A stretch of DNA of 64,000 nucleotides, from contig MWEK01000001.1 in assembly GCA_002070955.1 (NCBI GenBank), positions 80,103 through 144,102 of the forward strand, written 5' to 3'. This document shows, in pieces, positions 44,115 through 52,858 of this stretch. Origin of the DNA: Planctomycetes bacterium ADurb.Bin069. GTDB taxonomy: Bacteria; Planctomycetota; UBA8108; UBA8890; UBA8898. The position numbers and the translations under genes were made by a program. The notes under the pieces are model-generated. The model was not told where the DNA came from, ran no database searches, and was given only the letters and a program-made list of their open reading frames with translations. The first letter of the stretch is position 1. Each line of letters begins with the position of its first letter.

Positions 44115-45376
44115 GCCACGATTGCACCCCACAGAAACCCCTGACGCAAGTCCTCCACGCCTACGCGGACGATTGAGCCCGTCCGGACCGCGCCCGGAGC
44201 GAAACGCACGCGGACGTACTCCGCGGCCAGGCCTTCCGCGACCTCGCCCGCGCGCTCGACGACCACCGCGAGGATGCGCCCGACCAAAGCACCGGCTTGC
44301 GCGGCAAAAAGTTCGCGCTCGAGAGCGGCCAGGCGCGCGCACCGCGACGCCGTCTCCGCGGCGGAGGGACGCCCCGCAAAATCCGCCGCCGGGGTGCCGG
44401 GACGGGGGCTGAAAGGAAACACATGCATCTTCAGGAACCCGATTTCGCGGCACAACGCCGCCGTGGCGGCGAAGTCTTCTTCCTCCTCTCCCGGGAATCC
44501 GACGAGGATGTCGCCGGTGAACATCACTCCGGGAAGCGCTGCGCGGCACCGCGCAATGCGCGCGCGGATCTCGCCGAGCCCGCACCGCCGGCCCATGCGG
44601 CGTCGAATCCGCTCCGACCCGCTTTGGAGCGAGAGGTGGAAGTGGCGGCACAGGCCGGCGTGCCGCGCCGCCGCGGCTAGCAACGGCGCGTCCAGCGCGT
44701 CCATGCCGATCGAGCCCAGCCGCACCCGCGCCGAAACGCCGTCAAAAAGGGGGCCGATGCGATCCAGCAGGGCGGGGAGCCCGCCTTCCCACTCGTCCAG
44801 ATGTGTTCCGACGATCCAAATCTCGGCGACGCCGCCCGCGATCAGGGCGCGGCACTCCTCCGCGATTTCGTCCGCGGAACGGCTGCGCGACGGGCCGCGC
44901 AGGAGCGGCACGATGCAGTAAGTGCACCTGCGGCTGCAGCCGTCCTGAATCTTCACGTACGCGCGCGTCCTGGAACCGAAGGATCGGGGCGCGGCCCCGC
45001 CCGCGCACCCGGCGATGATCCGCGCCAGGCCGTCGCGCGCCGGCGGCGGCACCACCGCGCGCACTTGCGGCAACGCGAGGTACGCGGCCCGATCCCGCGC
45101 CGTCGCGCAACCCATGACGTACAGCCGCCGCCGCGGCGCCGCGCGGCAGAGGCGCCGGACGAGCCGGCGCGCCTTGCGGCTGCCCTTCTCCGTCACCGCG
45201 CACACATTGACGATCACATGGGGCGCGTCGCCGATCGCGACTTCCCGCCACCCGGCGCCGGCCAGCGCGCCGGCTAGCGCGCGGCTCTCGTACTGGTTGA
45301 CGCGGCAGCCGAGGGACTGCACGGCGAACGCCGGCGGATCGCCGTCCCGGGCACCGACCGCAGCATCCGCCGTCAT
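44111..45376 (-). CDS. mtaB: radical-SAM methylthiotransferase, MtaB-like (MiaB/RimO family)
   Basis: SLGCRVNQYES, GCSRRCTYCIVP (CxxxCxxC), and a TRAM-like C-terminus. Confidence 0.8.
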   Translation of the reverse strand: MTADAAVGARDGDPPAFAVQSLGCRVNQYESRALAGALAGAGWREVAIGDAPHVIVNVCAVTEKGSRKARRLVRRLCRAAPRRRLYVMGCATARDRAAYLALPQVRAVVPPPARDGLARIIAGCAGGAAPRSFGSRTRAYVKIQDGCSRRCTYCIVPLLRGPSRSRSADEIAEECRALIAGGVAEIWIVGTHLDEWEGGLPALLDRIGPLFDGVSARVRLGSIGMDALDAPLLAAAARHAGLCRHFHLSLQSGSERIRRRMGRRCGLGEIRARIARCRAALPGVMFTGDILVGFPGEEEEDFAATAALCREIGFLKMHVFPFSPRPGTPAADFAGRPSAAETASRCARLAALERELFAAQAGALVGRILAVVVERAGEVAEGLAAEYVRVRFAPGAVRTGSIVRVGVEDLRQGFLWGAIVA

Positions 45377-45380
45377 GCCG

Positions 45381-45758
45381 TCACGCCCGCGCGGCTACGG
45401 CCTCGATCTCGACAAGGGCGCCCTTGGGCAGCGCCGCCGCCTGCACGGTGCTGCGCGCGGGCCGCGCGCCGTCGAAAAACTCGGCGTACACCTCGTTCAG
45501 CGCGGCGAAGTCCGCCATGTCCGCCAGGAAGACGGTCGTCTTGACGACATCGCTCCGCGTCAGCCCGGCGCCCGCCAGCACCGCATCGATGTTCGCGAGG
45601 ACCTGAGCGGCCTGGGCGCGGATACCGCCGTCGCGCATCCGCCCCGTCGCGGGATCCAGCGCAATCTGACCCGACAGGAACACGAGAGCGCCCGTGTCGA
45701 CGGCCTGGCTGTAAGGGCCGATCGCCTTCGGGGCCTTGTCAGTCGCTATCTGACGCAT
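45381..45758 (-). CDS. ridA: RidA/YjgF-family reactive intermediate deaminase
   Basis: APKAIGPYSQAV...VKTTVFLADMADFAALNEVY...PARSTVQAAALPKGALVEIE. Confidence 0.9.
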   Translation of the reverse strand: MRQIATDKAPKAIGPYSQAVDTGALVFLSGQIALDPATGRMRDGGIRAQAAQVLANIDAVLAGAGLTRSDVVKTTVFLADMADFAALNEVYAEFFDGARPARSTVQAAALPKGALVEIEAVAARA

Positions 45759-45784
45759 GCCGGTTCTCCTTCACCTCGGCGTTC

Positions 45785-46330
45785 TCAGTCACGGCGCCCT
45801 GTTGCGCCTCTGCGTTCGCCGGCCCGCCGCAGCCGGCGTGTCACGAACGCGCGCAGGAGAGCGCGCGCTTCCTCGGGGACGAAGGCCTCGGCGGCCTGGA
45901 CGTCGCCCCCGGCGATCAAGGCTCGCACGAGTTTCGAGCTTGCCTGCGCGCCGGTTCCCGTTGTCAAGAAGAAGATCGTCGGAAGTCCGGCGCCCAACGC
46001 CTCGTTTCCCAATGCGAGATCCCGCTCCGCGGCGAGATCCTCGCAGGATCGGAGCCCTCGGACGATGGCCAGGGCGCCCTCGGCGCGGGCGAAGTCCGCC
46101 GTCAATCCGGTATACGAGGCCGCCCGCACGCGCCCGAGCGGCGCGGCGATGCGCTCCAACAGCCGCACGCGTTCCTTCGCCGTGAACATCGGCCGCTTGT
46201 CCGGATTCACCCCGACCGCCACGATCAGCTCGTCGAAGAGCGGCGCCGCCTTCGCGATGATTTCGCGGTGCCCGCACGTCGGCGGATCGAAGGTTCCGGG
46301 AAAAAGCGCTTTCCGGCGGCAGGTTCCCAT
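45785..46330 (-). CDS. coaD: phosphopantetheine adenylyltransferase
   Basis: ATG at 46330 follows GGAGG. ALFPGTFDPPTCGHREII, IVRGLR, SSKLVR. Confidence 0.9.
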   Translation of the reverse strand: MGTCRRKALFPGTFDPPTCGHREIIAKAAPLFDELIVAVGVNPDKRPMFTAKERVRLLERIAAPLGRVRAASYTGLTADFARAEGALAIVRGLRSCEDLAAERDLALGNEALGAGLPTIFFLTTGTGAQASSKLVRALIAGGDVQAAEAFVPEEARALLRAFVTRRLRRAGERRGATGRRD

Positions 46331-46492
46331 CGCCACCTCCCGAAGCGCGGCGTTCGCGCCGCGCCCGTAAGGAATTTTACCGGCATACCGTCCCGACGCC
46401 AGAGCCCGGGGCGCCGCCGGCAAGTCCGGACGCCCGCCCCGGCGCCGCGGCCCGCGCACCCGCGCTCACCGTCGAAGCTTCCCCCGCGCGGA

Positions 46493-46583
46493 GGTCCGCC
46501 CGCGCGCGGCGCGGAAAAAACAAACGATGTTATGCGCTCCGAGAATAGGACTGCGGTCCGCCCGCGCGCGGCGCGGAAAAAAC
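46493..46583 (+). repeat. two identical 29-nt direct repeats separated by 33 nt (CRISPR-like minimal unit or paired operator)
   Basis: GGTCCGCCCGCGCGCGGCGCGGAAAAAAC occurs at 46493-46521 and at 46555-46583. The flanks differ on both sides. Each copy has an internal 6-bp stem, CCGCGC/GCGCGG. Confidence 0.9.
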
Positions 46584-46784
46584 GCGAAACTTCCCCGTGC
46601 CCCGGCGGCGTCTATAATAGCCGCAGCCCGATACGTTCCAGGTTGTATACTTCTCTGGTAGCGACCCGAGGGCGCTTGTCGTACGGCGGTGTTTGCAGCC
46701 GCCCCGGGCGGCCCTGGAGTTGCGGGCCGCGCCCGCGCGAGCCCCTGCGAATAGTGTTCTTCCGGAAAGGAGCCGTTGCCATCC

Positions 46785-48560
46785 ATGCGCCGATTCGTGT
46801 TCGCACTTTCCGCCTTCGTGTTGGCCCTGTCCGCCTTCTTCTTCGTCGCTGCCCGGCACCGCTCGGCCTCCGGCGCCGAGCCCCCGCCTGAAGCCCCCGC
46901 GGCCGCCGCGGATGCGGCCGCCCGAACGGCGCCTCCCGCGGAACCCCGCATCGAGAACCTTGATGATCTCAAGCGGACGGTCGCGGAGATCCCGCCCGCG
47001 TTCGCCTGCCCCTCGACGGAGAGCGATCGTTTTCGCGCCTGCGACGCCATGCGCGTCAAGGCGCGCGGCGCTCACGCCGCGGCCGCGCGCCTCCTGGCGT
47101 CGGCGGCCGACTCCGTCCAGAAGGCCGAGCTGGAGGAGATCTCTAAAACCATCGCGCTCCGGCGCGAACCAATCGCCATCGCCTACTTGCGGGCGCTGTT
47201 GGAGGGAGTTCCCTCGGCGCTCCAGGACCTTTCCGCCGAGAAGATCGAGAACCTCAAACGCAACGTCGCCGTGGGCATCGAGGAGGGCGAACACTACATC
47301 GCGGCCTATCCCCAGTCCAAGGCCATCAGCGAGGCGCGCTTTTACCTGATGCGGCTTCTGTTCCTCAACGCCGAAGTCGCGGCGAAAAACTGGGCGGACG
47401 CCTTCGAGCTTGCGCGGGGCGCCGCGCCGACCTTGGCGGAGCGCGAGACGTTCCGCGAAAGCTACTTCGCGCGGATTTTCCACCTCATCGAAGCGATCGA
47501 GAAGGACGCGGCTCTGCCCGCGACCTTCAAGGAGCGCACCCTCAAGATCAAGGCCGATGCGTTTTCGTCCACCGGCAAGGCGGCGCAGGCCGCGGATCTG
47601 TACGTGGCGCACATCGCGGCGTGGCCGGGCTCCGACGACGTCAAGAGCGGCCTCTCTTATATGGCCGCGATTCAGCATTACCTCTACGCCGAGGTTCCCG
47701 AGAAGGCCGAGGCGCTCGGGCGCCGGGCCATAGCCGCTTGCGACAACACCAAGTTCTTTCCGCACATCGTCGACTTTTACTTCAAGGCGCTGACGGCCAC
47801 CGGCAAGCTCCAGGACGCCGAGACTCTGTGGCTCAAGTACATGCCGATCTTCACGCAACGCGCGGAGGATGCGAAACGCGCCGATTTCGAACGCGCCGGC
47901 TACCGCACCTATGCGGAATGGGCCCTCTTCAGGCTCGGGTACGTGACCTTCGCGCTGCTGCGTTACGAGCAGGCCAGGGATTACTTCAGGCAGCACTTGA
48001 ATTTCGTCAAGGACTACGGCAAGCCGCTGCCGCCGCCGCTCCAAGTCCACGCCCAGCGCAGCCAATACCTCTTGGAAGTCCTGCAGTCCAAGATCATGAA
48101 TCCGGCCCCCGAGCTGCCCGCCGGCAATTGCTGGGCGGGCGGCCGGGCGTTCTCCCTCGCGGAGAACCGCGGCAAGGTCATCGCCGTTATCTTCCGCACC
48201 TACAGCTCTCCCCGCGCCGAGCCCGTGCTTCACTACCTCCAGCAGCAGTACGAGAAGTACGGGCAGGAGGCGGGCCCCTTGGCTGTCGTCAGCATAGCTT
48301 TCCCGCGAGGGACGGACAACCTCCCCGAGCAGCTTGGCGCGCTCAAGAAAGAGATGGACGAACTCAACCTGACCTTCCCTTCGGGATTCGATCCTTCGCC
48401 CGATCGCGCGCTATTCACCAAGGACTACGACGTTAACGTGGGCAGCGCCACGCTGGTTTTTGTCGATCCCGAGGGCAGACTGGCTTACTACGAGCAGGAT
48501 CCCCGTCCCAATGCCTTCGGCCTTTTCACCCGGGTGATCGAGACGCTGCTCAAGGGATAG
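46785..48560 (+). CDS. secreted/anchored helical-repeat protein with C-terminal thioredoxin-fold (TlpA/redoxin-like) domain lacking CxxC
   Basis: ATG at 46785 (alternative TTG at 46776). N-terminal hydrophobic FVFALSAFVLALSAFFFVAA. C-terminal GKVIAVIFRTYSSPRAEP...LTFPSGFDP...ATLVFVDPEGRL aligns to the redoxin pattern, with SSPRA in place of WCxPC. Confidence 0.6.
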   Translation: MRRFVFALSAFVLALSAFFFVAARHRSASGAEPPPEAPAAAADAAARTAPPAEPRIENLDDLKRTVAEIPPAFACPSTESDRFRACDAMRVKARGAHAAAARLLASAADSVQKAELEEISKTIALRREPIAIAYLRALLEGVPSALQDLSAEKIENLKRNVAVGIEEGEHYIAAYPQSKAISEARFYLMRLLFLNAEVAAKNWADAFELARGAAPTLAERETFRESYFARIFHLIEAIEKDAALPATFKERTLKIKADAFSSTGKAAQAADLYVAHIAAWPGSDDVKSGLSYMAAIQHYLYAEVPEKAEALGRRAIAACDNTKFFPHIVDFYFKALTATGKLQDAETLWLKYMPIFTQRAEDAKRADFERAGYRTYAEWALFRLGYVTFALLRYEQARDYFRQHLNFVKDYGKPLPPPLQVHAQRSQYLLEVLQSKIMNPAPELPAGNCWAGGRAFSLAENRGKVIAVIFRTYSSPRAEPVLHYLQQQYEKYGQEAGPLAVVSIAFPRGTDNLPEQLGALKKEMDELNLTFPSGFDPSPDRALFTKDYDVNVGSATLVFVDPEGRLAYYEQDPRPNAFGLFTRVIETLLKG

Positions 48561-48609
48561 CGCCGGCTCTTTCACGACGCGGCGCGGCGGCGCGTTCCGG
48601 GGCGGGGAG

Positions 48610-51600
48610 CTAATCGGAGCCCCAACTCCTGAGCACGACCTCCTGGTCTCGGTCGGCGAGGATCACCGCGAGCGGCGCGCTCCTGATTCCTCGTCCGGCC
48701 AGCGCCTGCAGCGTGTACGCGCCGGGAACGAGCCCCTCGAAGCGGAAGCGCCCCTCGCCGTCCGTTCGCGCGCGCGCCTGCTTCTCGGGGCCGCTCAGCG
48801 CGACGACGGCCCCCGCGGCCCGCGCGCCGTCGGGCAACACAACGCTGCCCGAAAGCGCGAGCCCCTTGGCAAGCTGCAACGCCACGGGCTCGGGGGGGGC
48901 GTCCTCGCGGACCGCCAGCGCCGGAGAGCGCGCCGCCGCGTAGCCGTCGTGGTGCGCCTCGATCGTGTATTCTCCCGGCGCAATTCCGCGCAAGGTGAAG
49001 GCGCCGTCCTTGTCGGAGACCCCTTGGCCGGCGGCAAGAAAGTCGAAGCCCTCCGCGCCTCTGCGATGCTCGCGGCCCGAGCCGCGTTCCGCGCCCATTT
49101 CACGATCCGCGTCGCGCGCCGGCGCCGCGCGCACGCGCGCGCCCTCGACCGGGGCACCCGCGGGCGACCGCACCGTCCCCCGGACCTCGACGCCCGGCTC
49201 CAGCACGATATCGATGCCGGCGACACGCGCCCCTTCCCCGACCCGGAGCCCCCGCAGCACGAACTCCGGAAACGCCTCGGATTCGACTCGCAGATCGTAG
49301 ACGCCGGGCGCGACGGCCTCGAGGAGAAACGCGCCGTCGGCTGCATCGAACACACGGGGCGCCTGCGGCCGCGCACCCGCGTCGCGCCCGCCGGAGAGCG
49401 TCATCCGCACCGGCCGCACCGGCGCCCGTCCCGGAAGGCCGCGCACGAAGCCGCTGAGCTCGCCGGGCAAAACGAGCGTGCACACCAGCGCCTCGTTCGA
49501 AACCACCGCGGCCCGCTCTCGAAACGGCAGGTAACCCTCCGCGCGGACCTCGATGGCGCAGCCCGCGCCGGGGCTCAGCCCCCCCGCCTCGAACCTTCCT
49601 TCCTGATCGCTGAACACGCGCCGCCTGAGCCCGGCGCCTGCCACCGCGACGGCGGCACCCACGACCGGCTCGCCCCGCGCATTCACGAGCTTCCCGCGCA
49701 TCCGCGCCTCCGCCCGCAGCGCGATCGCTAGGTCCTTGACCTCCCCCGCGGCCAACGCTGCCTCGGCGCGATAGGGGGCATACGGCGCCTGATCGATCCA
49801 GACGAGGCAGCGTCCCGCCTCCAAGCCCCCGATGCGCCAGGCGCCTTCCCGGTCCGTCACCCGCTGCCGCGCGCGGCTCCCGTCCCGCGCGGCCGGGCCG
49901 CCATCTTCGCGCCACCCCTGGCGCGCCTGCACGCGGATTCCCGCCAGTTTTCCGCCGTCCGGACCCACCACCGTCCCCTTGAGCACCGCCCCGGGCATCA
50001 TGACGATGTCCAGAGACGGCCCGTCGCGCGCCGGATCGCCGACGGTGAAGGCCGCGCTGGCCGCGGGCAGGTAGTCCGGGTGCGTTGCGCGCACCCGCGC
50101 GGCGGCCGCCGCGCTTCGAAGCGGCAGTTCCCAGGCCCCGTCGGCCGCCGACAGCACCGCTCGCCGCCCGCCGAAGGCCGCTCCGCCCGCCTCGCGGTTC
50201 CCGGCAAGCGCCAAGCTCGCGCCGGCGATGGGCTCTCCGTCCGCGCCGCGCACCTTCCCCCGCACGACTCCGGCCTTGCCGAGCACCACGGTGACGGCGG
50301 CATGCTCGCCCGGGACCAACGTGATTCTTCGATCGCCGGGAAGGCGGCCGGCGGCCTCCGCACTTAGCACATAGGCGCCCTCGGGCAGGCCGGCGAAGGC
50401 GAGCCTGCCGCGATCATCGGCCCGCGCGCTTCGGGGTCTTACCGCCCCTGGAAATCCCTTGCTCTTTTCCGACGCCGCATCCCCCGGACGGAGACTCACG
50501 AACGCCTCCGCCAGGGGACCGCCTTCTCCCCGCACCTCGACCGCGAGCATGGCGCCCCGCGCCAGAACCAGCTCCAGCGGGGTCGTTCCCGGCGCAACCC
50601 GCCTCACAAGCGGCGCGAAACCGTCGCCGGCGACCTGGAGCGTATAGGTCTCGGGGTACAGCGTCGTCAGGCGGAAGAAGCCCCGGTCGTCGCTCGTCGT
50701 CTCGATGCGGGGCACAACGGCGCCGTCGCGGGGCTTGATTCGCGCCGTGAGCGTCACCGCGGCGCCCGCCACCGGCGTTCGATCCGGCCCCAGGATCTTT
50801 CCGGCGAGCGGCAGCCCGCGGGCCAACTCGAACCTCTCCGGCGCGCGCATTGCCGCGGCGACGCGCACGCCCGGAAACACGGCCGTGACGAAATCCTCCC
50901 GGCCGACGATGGCGGTGTACGTGCCCTCGCGGAGATTCTCGATGGCGAAGGCGCCGCGCGCGTCAGTCTCTCCGCCCCAGCGCGTTGCAAAACGCTCCGG
51001 ACGCTGGTAAACCGCCAGGGACGATCGCAGCGCATCGCGCGCATCCTCGAAGGCGAGCGTGATCTCGGCGCCCGCCAGGCGCGCGCCCTTCTCGTCGGTC
51101 ACCTCGCCGTGCAGCACGGCGCCCGGCGGCAGCGTGAGGAGGAGGTCGTCGCAGGGAGCCTCGACGTCGAAGGCCGCGGCGCGGGCGTGCCCCTCCTTGA
51201 CGGCGACCAGGTCGTAGAACGCCGGCGCCGCGGCGGAGAAGGCGAACCTGCCGTCCGCTCCCGTCAACACGTCCTCGGGCGCCGCCGCGAGGGCGACCCG
51301 CAAGGCTTCGTCCGGCGGCGCGGCGGCGCCGGGAGCGCCTTCGACCCCCCCCGAGCCCCGGGCCCTTACGGCGGCGTTCGCCACGGCGAATCCGCGGGCA
51401 TCGACGACGCGGCCCGCGAGCTTCGCTCCGGGCGCCAGGGTGAGCACCGTGTCCACGGCGGCGTTCTCGGCGACGGCCAACACCGGACCGAGCCCCGGCG
51501 CATACGCGCCGCCGAACGCCGCCAGACGGCACGCCTCGCCTTCCACACCGTGAAAGGTGAAGCGCCCGTTGCGCTCCGTTGCGGTGCGCGCCCGGCTCCC

Positions 51601-51909
51601 GAGGATTTGCCGCGCGAGCCGCGCGATCTCGGCGGCGCGCTGGGGCCTGGCCGCCGGGCCTCCCGCGGGCGCTTCGCGCCCGGCCTGGGCACCCTCGAGC
51701 TTGGCATCGGCGCTCTCCTCCCACTCGCACAGAACGACGGTCGCGCCTTCGATCGGCAGCCCATCGGCATCGACCACGACGCCGGAGACCGTCGCCCCGC
51801 GCGGACCGAGCGCGTCGGCGCCGTGCGATCCGCTTGCCAGCAGCGCGACGGCGCAACACACGACCGCATGGATTCCGCCCGCGCCGGGCAGAAACGCCGA
51901 CCCTCGCAT
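48610..51909 (-). CDS. secreted protein of ~12 tandem carboxypeptidase-regulatory-like (prealbumin-fold) domains
   Basis: 1099 aa with a signal peptide. Recurring units about 85 aa long, such as GRVVDARGFAVANAAVRA, GKVRGADGEPIAGASLAL and GSVVLPDGARAAGAVVAL...TDGEGRFRFEGLVPGAYTL. GGAGGTG lies before the ATG. Confidence 0.7.
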   Translation of the reverse strand: MRGSAFLPGAGGIHAVVCCAVALLASGSHGADALGPRGATVSGVVVDADGLPIEGATVVLCEWEESADAKLEGAQAGREAPAGGPAARPQRAAEIARLARQILGSRARTATERNGRFTFHGVEGEACRLAAFGGAYAPGLGPVLAVAENAAVDTVLTLAPGAKLAGRVVDARGFAVANAAVRARGSGGVEGAPGAAAPPDEALRVALAAAPEDVLTGADGRFAFSAAAPAFYDLVAVKEGHARAAAFDVEAPCDDLLLTLPPGAVLHGEVTDEKGARLAGAEITLAFEDARDALRSSLAVYQRPERFATRWGGETDARGAFAIENLREGTYTAIVGREDFVTAVFPGVRVAAAMRAPERFELARGLPLAGKILGPDRTPVAGAAVTLTARIKPRDGAVVPRIETTSDDRGFFRLTTLYPETYTLQVAGDGFAPLVRRVAPGTTPLELVLARGAMLAVEVRGEGGPLAEAFVSLRPGDAASEKSKGFPGAVRPRSARADDRGRLAFAGLPEGAYVLSAEAAGRLPGDRRITLVPGEHAAVTVVLGKAGVVRGKVRGADGEPIAGASLALAGNREAGGAAFGGRRAVLSAADGAWELPLRSAAAAARVRATHPDYLPAASAAFTVGDPARDGPSLDIVMMPGAVLKGTVVGPDGGKLAGIRVQARQGWREDGGPAARDGSRARQRVTDREGAWRIGGLEAGRCLVWIDQAPYAPYRAEAALAAGEVKDLAIALRAEARMRGKLVNARGEPVVGAAVAVAGAGLRRRVFSDQEGRFEAGGLSPGAGCAIEVRAEGYLPFRERAAVVSNEALVCTLVLPGELSGFVRGLPGRAPVRPVRMTLSGGRDAGARPQAPRVFDAADGAFLLEAVAPGVYDLRVESEAFPEFVLRGLRVGEGARVAGIDIVLEPGVEVRGTVRSPAGAPVEGARVRAAPARDADREMGAERGSGREHRRGAEGFDFLAAGQGVSDKDGAFTLRGIAPGEYTIEAHHDGYAAARSPALAVREDAPPEPVALQLAKGLALSGSVVLPDGARAAGAVVALSGPEKQARARTDGEGRFRFEGLVPGAYTLQALAGRGIRSAPLAVILADRDQEVVLRSWGSD

Positions 51910-51993
51910 AGGTCGCTTTCACCTCCTCTGCCTGAAACCCCGGCAAAGCCCCCCGGTGGCGGCCGGCCGCCGGGCCCGTGGCGCTCGCCGCCT

Positions 51994-52692
51994 TCACCGG
52001 GGCCGGCGCGGCGGCTCGATCTCAACCTGCAGCGAACTGAGCAGGACGCGGATGTCGCGCTCGACGGCGTTCACGTTGAGCACGTTCTCCAGCACGATGG
52101 GTCTTTGCTCCGAGGCCGGAAAGAGCGTTATGCGGCCGCACCGGAGCAGAGCGTACTCGAACACGTCGGTGATCTCCAACGTCGTTTTCAGGTTCGGCGA
52201 TGGAAAGCGCCGGACCTGCCCGAGAAACCCCGTATGGTGCACGATCTCGTTGTGTTTGATTTCCCAGTAGTTGAAGCGGGTGTTCACCAGGACCCCGATG
52301 AAGATGAGGGCCAGGTACGTGAAGAGTCCCAGGTAGAACTCCGTGCTGGCGGCTATCCGCCGCCGGAGCACGAACTCCCGCAGGTACTGGATGATCGGCC
52401 AGCGCTCCCCGAGCCACAGAACCAGAAACACCGCCGCCAGGATGCCCAGCCCGATGGTCAGGGTCTTCATGCGGGAAAACTCGAAGGAAAAGACGAGGAG
52501 GTTGAGGCCGAACACCGTGAAAAACACCAGCCCGAGCGCCCAATCCCGCTCCGGCGACGGCTCGCCGGCGAAAGACTGGATGGCGCCGCACACCAGGGCG
52601 CACAACGCCAGCGGGTAGAGCAGCACCACCTTGGGATAGGGCCGGACGATGACGCTGTCGAGGTCTTCGTCCCGGGCGTGTTCTGACTTCAC
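51994..52692 (-). CDS. hypothetical membrane protein (4 TM) with C-terminal bacterial-PH-like domain
   Basis: GTG at 52692 follows GGAGG, within longer track ORF 51994..53181. TM helices, then YWEIKHNEIVHHTGFLGQVRRF...ITLFPA, which is reminiscent of YdbS/YdbT-type bPH domains. Confidence 0.5.
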   Translation of the reverse strand: MKSEHARDEDLDSVIVRPYPKVVLLYPLALCALVCGAIQSFAGEPSPERDWALGLVFFTVFGLNLLVFSFEFSRMKTLTIGLGILAAVFLVLWLGERWPIIQYLREFVLRRRIAASTEFYLGLFTYLALIFIGVLVNTRFNYWEIKHNEIVHHTGFLGQVRRFPSPNLKTTLEITDVFEYALLRCGRITLFPASEQRPIVLENVLNVNAVERDIRVLLSSLQVEIEPPRRPR

Positions 52693-52858
52693 GACGATCT
52701 CCTCCGGTCGCGCGCAACCCGCCCGGCCGGCGCTCGCCGCGGCGCGGCGCCCGCAACCGCGCTTATTTTCGCGACGCTTTTGAGACTTTGCAAGCCTGCC
52801 TGCGCCCTTTTCCGGCCGAGGGGCGAGTTCGGCAAGTCTTTTGCTACGTGGGAAAGCC

